A stretch of 52,752 nucleotides of DNA from Candidatus Levyibacteriota bacterium. GTDB lineage: Bacteria; Patescibacteriota; Microgenomatia; Levybacterales; UBA12049. A program made the position numbers and the translations under genes. Shown in pieces: positions 48,169 to 52,752 of the stretch. The notes under the pieces were generated by a model that was given only the letters and a program-made list of their open reading frames with translations, did not search any database and was not told where the DNA came from. Every line of letters begins with the position of its first letter. The first letter of the stretch is position 1. The DNA lies in NCBI GenBank assembly GCA_016182205.1, contig JACOXW010000011.1:1-52752 (forward strand), given 5' to 3'.

Positions 48169-48921
48169 ATGTTTTTACTTCCAAAATCCTATTGGGAAAT
48201 CAGAACCCGCATCTACCAAAACAGCACGGGTGAAAAGAAAAATCGTGGTGTTTTTGCGAAAAAAGATATCGCCCCGGGAACTATCATCGGTGACTACTTA
48301 GGGCTTGTTGTACCTTCTGAAGATGAAGACAAATACGAAGATGACAATGAAATGTACCTTATGTATTACACTGAAGACGCAACAATCGCTCCAGATCCGA
48401 AAAAACCGGGTGTTCACATACTCAATCATTCCTGTATGCCCAACTGCGGTATGTATACCTACATGGGACATACTGTGTATTTTGCTCTTCGGAGAATTCA
48501 TAAAGGAGAAGAATTAACAGTTTCCTACCAACTAAGTCCTAAAGATAAAGACTGCAAACCATGTACGCACCAGTGTTACTGCAGCACCCCAATGTGTACC
48601 AAAACCATGCATTTAACAAAGAGACAATACGATAACTGGGTTGCGTTTGAAGAAAAAGCCAGTGCAAAAACCAAAATTGTGCCGGCTTCCCTCAAGACAA
48701 TTCTACCCAGACTTCGAAAATATCCGAAACGAATTCTTCCTGAGGATGTCTACGGTATGTTTGGCAATACCCACAAAAAATCCCTCATCCTCAGTGAAAA
48801 AACCATGCCCACTGTAAAAGATATCCATCTTCTTATACAAGAAACCGGCTTGACAATCTATCTTCCTCTTATTAAAAAACGTGTTCTTGGAATACACGAA
48901 GGAAAAATTATCACTGCTTAA
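48169..48921 (+). CDS. SET-domain protein-lysine methyltransferase-like with post-SET cysteines
   Basis: RGVFAKKDI, LNHSCMPNC, GEELTVSY and CYCSTPMC motifs. Confidence 0.88.
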   Translation: MFLLPKSYWEIRTRIYQNSTGEKKNRGVFAKKDIAPGTIIGDYLGLVVPSEDEDKYEDDNEMYLMYYTEDATIAPDPKKPGVHILNHSCMPNCGMYTYMGHTVYFALRRIHKGEELTVSYQLSPKDKDCKPCTHQCYCSTPMCTKTMHLTKRQYDNWVAFEEKASAKTKIVPASLKTILPRLRKYPKRILPEDVYGMFGNTHKKSLILSEKTMPTVKDIHLLIQETGLTIYLPLIKKRVLGIHEGKIITA

Positions 48922-49619
48922 TTTTCTCCTGCCAACGCAAGGCCATAAACTTTTTTTATTCCCTGCCGCTTTAGTACCTTCGCCGCTTCCAAAAACGTCG
49001 CTCCTGTTGTAACAATATCATCCACAATAAAAAGCGTTGACGCCTCAGAAGGAGATTTTAAATTTTCTTTTAATATAAAAGCGTTTTTTATGTTTTCTTT
49101 ACGTTCTTCTCTAGCTAACCCTACTTGCGTTATTGTCGGCTTGACTCTTACCAAGCAAGAAACATAGGGTTTTTGAAAATACAAAGCGAGTGCTTTTGCC
49201 AAAAGCTCTGCATGATTATATCCACGTTCTTTTTGCCGTCTATCATGTAAGGGAACTGAAGTAAATACCGCGTATTTATTTGTGGCAAGAAGCGATTGGA
49301 ATACCTCATGCTGCAGCAAGCGATCAATAAATAATTCCGTAAGCATATCTTTAAGGTCTTTTACAAACGGTTTGTATTTGAATTGATAGAGGAGTTTTTT
49401 CATGGTTGGGTTATATAAAAACCCGATACAGACACCATCTATACCGCTTTTTGTCCGACATCGCGGATGTGTCACCCCGGCAAATGCGGATTTTTTACAT
49501 AAAAAGCACATGTTTTTTTCGCTGAATGAGAGACGGGAAAAACAATTTGTACAAAGATAGGATCCTAATTTTTTACAGGATACGCAATATTTGGGAAATA
49601 TCCAATCCAAAATCTTCAC
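48918..49619 (-). CDS. comF: ComF family competence protein (zinc ribbon + PRTase)
   Basis: CVSC/CTNC, VPLH, RGYNHA and IVDDIVTTGAT motifs; GTG start 6 nt after TGcTACACT. Confidence 0.9.
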   Translation of the reverse strand: MKILDWIFPKYCVSCKKLGSYLCTNCFSRLSFSEKNMCFLCKKSAFAGVTHPRCRTKSGIDGVCIGFLYNPTMKKLLYQFKYKPFVKDLKDMLTELFIDRLLQHEVFQSLLATNKYAVFTSVPLHDRRQKERGYNHAELLAKALALYFQKPYVSCLVRVKPTITQVGLAREERKENIKNAFILKENLKSPSEASTLFIVDDIVTTGATFLEAAKVLKRQGIKKVYGLALAGEN

Positions 49620-49668
49620 ACCTGTAGTGTAGCAAAACACGCATACGGGATGTATAATGGGAAAGCTG

Positions 49669-49759
49669 GGAGGAGTCGCATAGCTTGGTCCATTGCGAGG
49701 GTTTGCTAAACCCTTGAGCTTGAATAAAGCTCGCGCAGGTTCAAATCCTGTCTCCTCCG
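49669..49759 (+). tRNA. tRNA-Ser(GCT)
   Basis: GGAGGAG/CTCCTCC acceptor stem, AGGGT-TTGCTAA-ACCCT anticodon arm, long variable arm, GTTCAAATC. Confidence 0.93.
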
Positions 49760-49760
49760 C

Positions 49761-49840
49761 CTTCGTCCGCCGAAGCTAAAGCTTCTTTGGACTACGGCGG
49801 ACAAAATCCGCTTCTGAAAATGTTTTAGCGAAGGAGGATT
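49761..49840. repeat. Nested palindromic element directly after tRNA-Ser
   Basis: GTCCGCCG/CGGCGGAC stem with inner GAAGCT/AGCTTC, followed by imperfect AATCCGCTTC/GAAGGAGGATT. Confidence 0.6.
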
Positions 49841-50231
49841 GATATTAGGATGTATTATTGTCTTAGCAGCAATAGTTGCCGTTATGGTAGAAGCTTCTTC
49901 CATGGCCGCTGGCCAGTACTCCAGTGAAAAGGCGGTTCATCAAATGGATAAAACAGGAAAACATACGGATAATCTGTATGTCGGCGCGCTTATTATGTTT
50001 GTCGCCTATCTCTTCGGGGGTGCTTTCTCTATCATTCCGACAATACTATTTGATCAACCGCTTGCGAGAACATTGGCGATAGTATCCGCTTTTGTGGGCC
50101 TTTTTATTATCGGATATGTTAAAGGGCAAATTGTAGAACACAAACCGTTCCGAAGCGCTGTAGAACTTTTCATAATAGGCTCTATTGCAACAGTAGTCGG
50201 TATAACTGTAGGATATTTCTTAAAAGTATAA
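49839..50231 (+). pseudogene. 5'-truncated VIT1/CCC1 family transporter
   Basis: VEASSMAAGQYSSE and GGAFSIIP match VIT1, but the N-terminal FG.xDG helix is absent; an in-frame TGA lies inside the upstream palindrome. Confidence 0.65.
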
Positions 50232-50242
50232 CTTATATCGAG

Positions 50243-50315
50243 CGTGCCTGAGAGGATTCGAACCTCCAACCGCAAGATCCGGAATCTTGTGCTCTATCCA
50301 TTAAGCTACAGGCAC
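50243..50315 (-). tRNA. tRNA-Arg(CCG)
   Basis: Reverse complement GTGCCTG...CAAGA-TTCCGGA-TCTTG...GGTTCGAATC...CAGGCACG. Confidence 0.95.
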
Positions 50316-50320
50316 AGAGG

Positions 50321-50406
50321 CGGAGGGTGCAGGATTTGAACCTGCGCCTCCCGAAAGGGAGAATGGTTTTCGAAACCATCGCTTTTGACCGCTCAGCCAA
50401 CCCTCC
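50321..50406 (-). tRNA. tRNA-Ser(CGA)
   Basis: Reverse complement GGAGGGT...ATGGT-TTCGAAA-ACCAT, variable arm CTCCC/GGGAG, GTTCAAATC, ACCCTCCG. Confidence 0.94.
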
Positions 50407-50421
50407 TTAGGACGAAGTATA

Positions 50422-51639
50422 CTATAGAAGTGTCAGTTTTGGAAATTCTACGGGAAGGAGTTTTCTTGAGGCAGTTTTTTTCGCAGAAGTCAAAAGCGCG
50501 TACGTAAAGTACATCTTTGGTCGCTTGAGCCACCTTCTGCCGGACAGATCATGCGCGAGTTTTTGTTCGGTATCAGTCTGTTCTACATTACATCCCAGGG
50601 ATTGTATGAGCTTTTCTGTAGTAGTAAGGTAAGAAGGAAAATAAAAGAGCTGCTCTCCCGCGTATTCATATGTCTTTTCAATATTCTCACACTCTCTTTT
50701 ATACATTAGTAAATCTTTCGGAAAAAGAAAATGATTTGTGTGCCAGGGTGCAGGAGGAGGACGAAACTCATCAATAATCAAAAGCATTGACCCAAGAGGT
50801 ATTTTCCTTATAAAACTTGCAAGAAGCGAGAATGCAGGGAGCGAAAGATATGCACGTTGTCCTTTGTATAAGTTCCAAGACCTTATGTCAAATTGTATCC
50901 CTTTGGAATCGGTATATATTCCGTTTGTAAGACTGATACCTTTTTCCGAAAGCTGTTTTTTTGTTAAAATGATTTCTTCCAAAAGTCCGTTTTTTACAGT
51001 AATTCCAAGAATGGTATCTGGTGTATGTTGGCCTTTTTTTGAGTTCCACAAAATTTCTGGAGCAATACTATCTAGTGTATAAGAAAAAATACCGATACAT
51101 GGTTTTGAAAAACGAACATTGTCTATGATCGTTGTTGTTTGTTTGAGGTATGGAGTAAGGTTTTTTTGTTTAAAACGTTTAATGGTTTCTTTTTGTAGCG
51201 ATGCATTAATCTCAACACATGTCCAAAAGAGCGGATAATCGGACTTAAGCGCTTGCGTAATGCTGTCTATTGCCAGGCTTCCGTCAGCTGAACCCACTTC
51301 TACAATATATGAATAGCCTTTTTTTTGTGCGAGCTTGAACACTGCCTGTGCCCAGTGTTTGTGGGAGCCGGTGATACCATGATATCCATGTGTTGCATGA
51401 TATCCGTTTTTACCAAATTGATCAATAGCAATAAATTCATTATAGGTGAGTATACCACCGTTTTTCTGGCATGCGGTTTCAAGCTCTTTTGCAAGAAGTT
51501 TGTTTTTTATGACTGCTTTCCTAAGATGATAATTTTTTATTTTCCAATCTTCATAGTATTTTTTGCCTGCGAAAAGAGTGGATAATTTATATTCGAGGTA
51601 GTTTTGTGCAAGTCTTAAAAGCGTCGGCGTTGTACTCAT
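50422..51639 (-). CDS. SAM-dependent methyltransferase, MidA/NDUFAF7-like
   Basis: YNEFI...GYH, IVEVGSADGSLA (motif I), CVEIN and YTLDS motifs. Confidence 0.6.
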   Translation of the reverse strand: MSTTPTLLRLAQNYLEYKLSTLFAGKKYYEDWKIKNYHLRKAVIKNKLLAKELETACQKNGGILTYNEFIAIDQFGKNGYHATHGYHGITGSHKHWAQAVFKLAQKKGYSYIVEVGSADGSLAIDSITQALKSDYPLFWTCVEINASLQKETIKRFKQKNLTPYLKQTTTIIDNVRFSKPCIGIFSYTLDSIAPEILWNSKKGQHTPDTILGITVKNGLLEEIILTKKQLSEKGISLTNGIYTDSKGIQFDIRSWNLYKGQRAYLSLPAFSLLASFIRKIPLGSMLLIIDEFRPPPAPWHTNHFLFPKDLLMYKRECENIEKTYEYAGEQLFYFPSYLTTTEKLIQSLGCNVEQTDTEQKLAHDLSGRRWLKRPKMYFTYALLTSAKKTASRKLLPVEFPKLTLL

Positions 51640-51667
51640 GAATTCTTGTAGATGCGTTATAAAGATG

Positions 51668-51740
51668 CGTGCCTGAGAGGAGTTGAACCTCCGACCTCAA
51701 CGTCCGCAACGTCGCGCTCTATCCACTGAGCTACAGGCAC
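51668..51740 (-). tRNA. tRNA-Arg(GCG)
   Basis: Reverse complement GTGCCTGTAGCTCAGTGGATAGAGCG-CGACG-TTGCGGA-CGTTG-AGGTCGGAGGTTCAACTCCTCTCAGGCACG. Confidence 0.93.
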
Positions 51741-51874
51741 AAATAAAACGTAAAACTAAAAACGCAAAACACCAGGCAAAGAAAAGCTTGCGCAGTAGTT
51801 TTCTTTACATTTTTTCTTGACGCTTTGCGCTTGTATTGTAGCGGATTGTGGGTAGACAATCAAATCTTAAGAAG

Positions 51875-52516
51875 CTATGGTCTCTCCAGCGGAATCGTGC
51901 GCCCGAGCCAATCTCCTGCTTTTTCCATAAAGGTGGGTTTTATGACTTCTCGAAACGGCAGATACGGCAAGAGGACATTTTTTATATGATCTGCATGAAT
52001 TTCTCCCAATGTCAGCGTGAGTGCGCCGGGCAAAAGAGCACGAGTACGAATATATAAAACTTCCTGAGTATCTCGTTTTTTAAAGTAGAAATCGTAGAGC
52101 TCTTCCCATAAGAAAAAATGATCCTCAATCATAACCCCTTCGGAACTTATTCGGTATCTAAAATTATGCGGAGGGACAGTAACAAGCGCAAAAGAAACGA
52201 AAACAAGAGAAAAAATAACAAGCATAAGAAGATATTGAGAGAAGAGAAAAAGAATAATCTCAATAAAAAGCATGATTAAAAGACTACTGGCATAGAATTC
52301 TTTTCTTCGTTTTCTAAAAGGCCGTCCAGGAGCAGTCCATGCAAGAAGAGTTTTTACCTCAAATGCCGGTTCATGGTGTTTTACGTCTTCTTGCTTTCCG
52401 TGATTTGCATGAGCTGGGATTTCTTTGGGCAATTCTGTAGGCAGGTCCAGTGGAGGTTTTGGTAAATCCAGAGGTTCTTTGGGGAGTAAAGGTTGATCTT
52501 TTTGGGCAGTATCCAT
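51875..52516 (-). CDS. Membrane protein with PH-like (DUF5673-like) domain
   Basis: Pro-rich N-terminus, WTAPGRPF, two TM helices, EGVMI...WEEL. Confidence 0.65.
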   Translation of the reverse strand: MDTAQKDQPLLPKEPLDLPKPPLDLPTELPKEIPAHANHGKQEDVKHHEPAFEVKTLLAWTAPGRPFRKRRKEFYASSLLIMLFIEIILFLFSQYLLMLVIFSLVFVSFALVTVPPHNFRYRISSEGVMIEDHFFLWEELYDFYFKKRDTQEVLYIRTRALLPGALTLTLGEIHADHIKNVLLPYLPFREVIKPTFMEKAGDWLGRTIPLERP

Positions 52517-52594
52517 ACTTTAACTCTAGCTTTTTCTTGCTGTGTAGTCAAGTTTGGCACAAAGAGTTTGATTTGGTACAATAGACACTGCATT

Positions 52595-52683
<89 letters not shown>

Positions 52684-52752
52684 CATTCGGCAGGCTCAGG
52701 ACGGAGTACCTGAGATTGATGAACTGGAGAAATGGGATGAGAAGTTTATCCT

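Noticed and set aside
49706-49903. 65-aa minus-strand ORF
   Set aside because: Antisense shadow of tRNA-Ser(GCT) and the VIT1 fragment.
50243-51740. Direct repeats GCGTGCCTGAGAGGA as attL/attR of an island
   Set aside because: Both copies belong to complete tRNA-Arg genes with different anticodons, and no integrase lies between them.

Overview
Chromosomal segment of a reduced-genome bacterium, most likely Patescibacteria/CPR (Microgenomates-like). This assignment is inferred from gene content and style, not from a database search. The genetic code is 11 (guaA ends in the conserved EWE followed by TGA). The window opens with the 3' end of a probable large serine recombinase running into tRNA-Asn, which marks the edge of an integrated element. 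Next come rpoD-dnaG and a ~20 kb near-complete de novo purine cluster (purA, B, E, C, F-N fusion, D, L, Q, M, guaA, guaB; no purH or purK), which is unexpected for CPR. purF carries an internal deletion with a frameshift. A four-gene insert (HAD, alkaline-phosphatase/sulfatase-fold enzyme, adenosine-kinase-like PfkB, fused ATP sulfurylase-APS kinase) splits purQ from purM. The rest holds comM, envelope genes (two tandem class A PBPs), pgk, a pfkB-fba-rpiB-rpe operon, smpB and an atypical 449-nt tmRNA (29-aa tag, palindromic insert, non-canonical T-loop), a SET-domain gene, comF and a cluster of five Ser/Arg tRNAs including Arg(GCG). Two window-wide patterns stand out: -10 boxes 5-9 nt before start codons (leaderless-type genes), and small palindromic or heptamer repeats inserted in frame in housekeeping genes. 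No CRISPR array or rRNA was seen.
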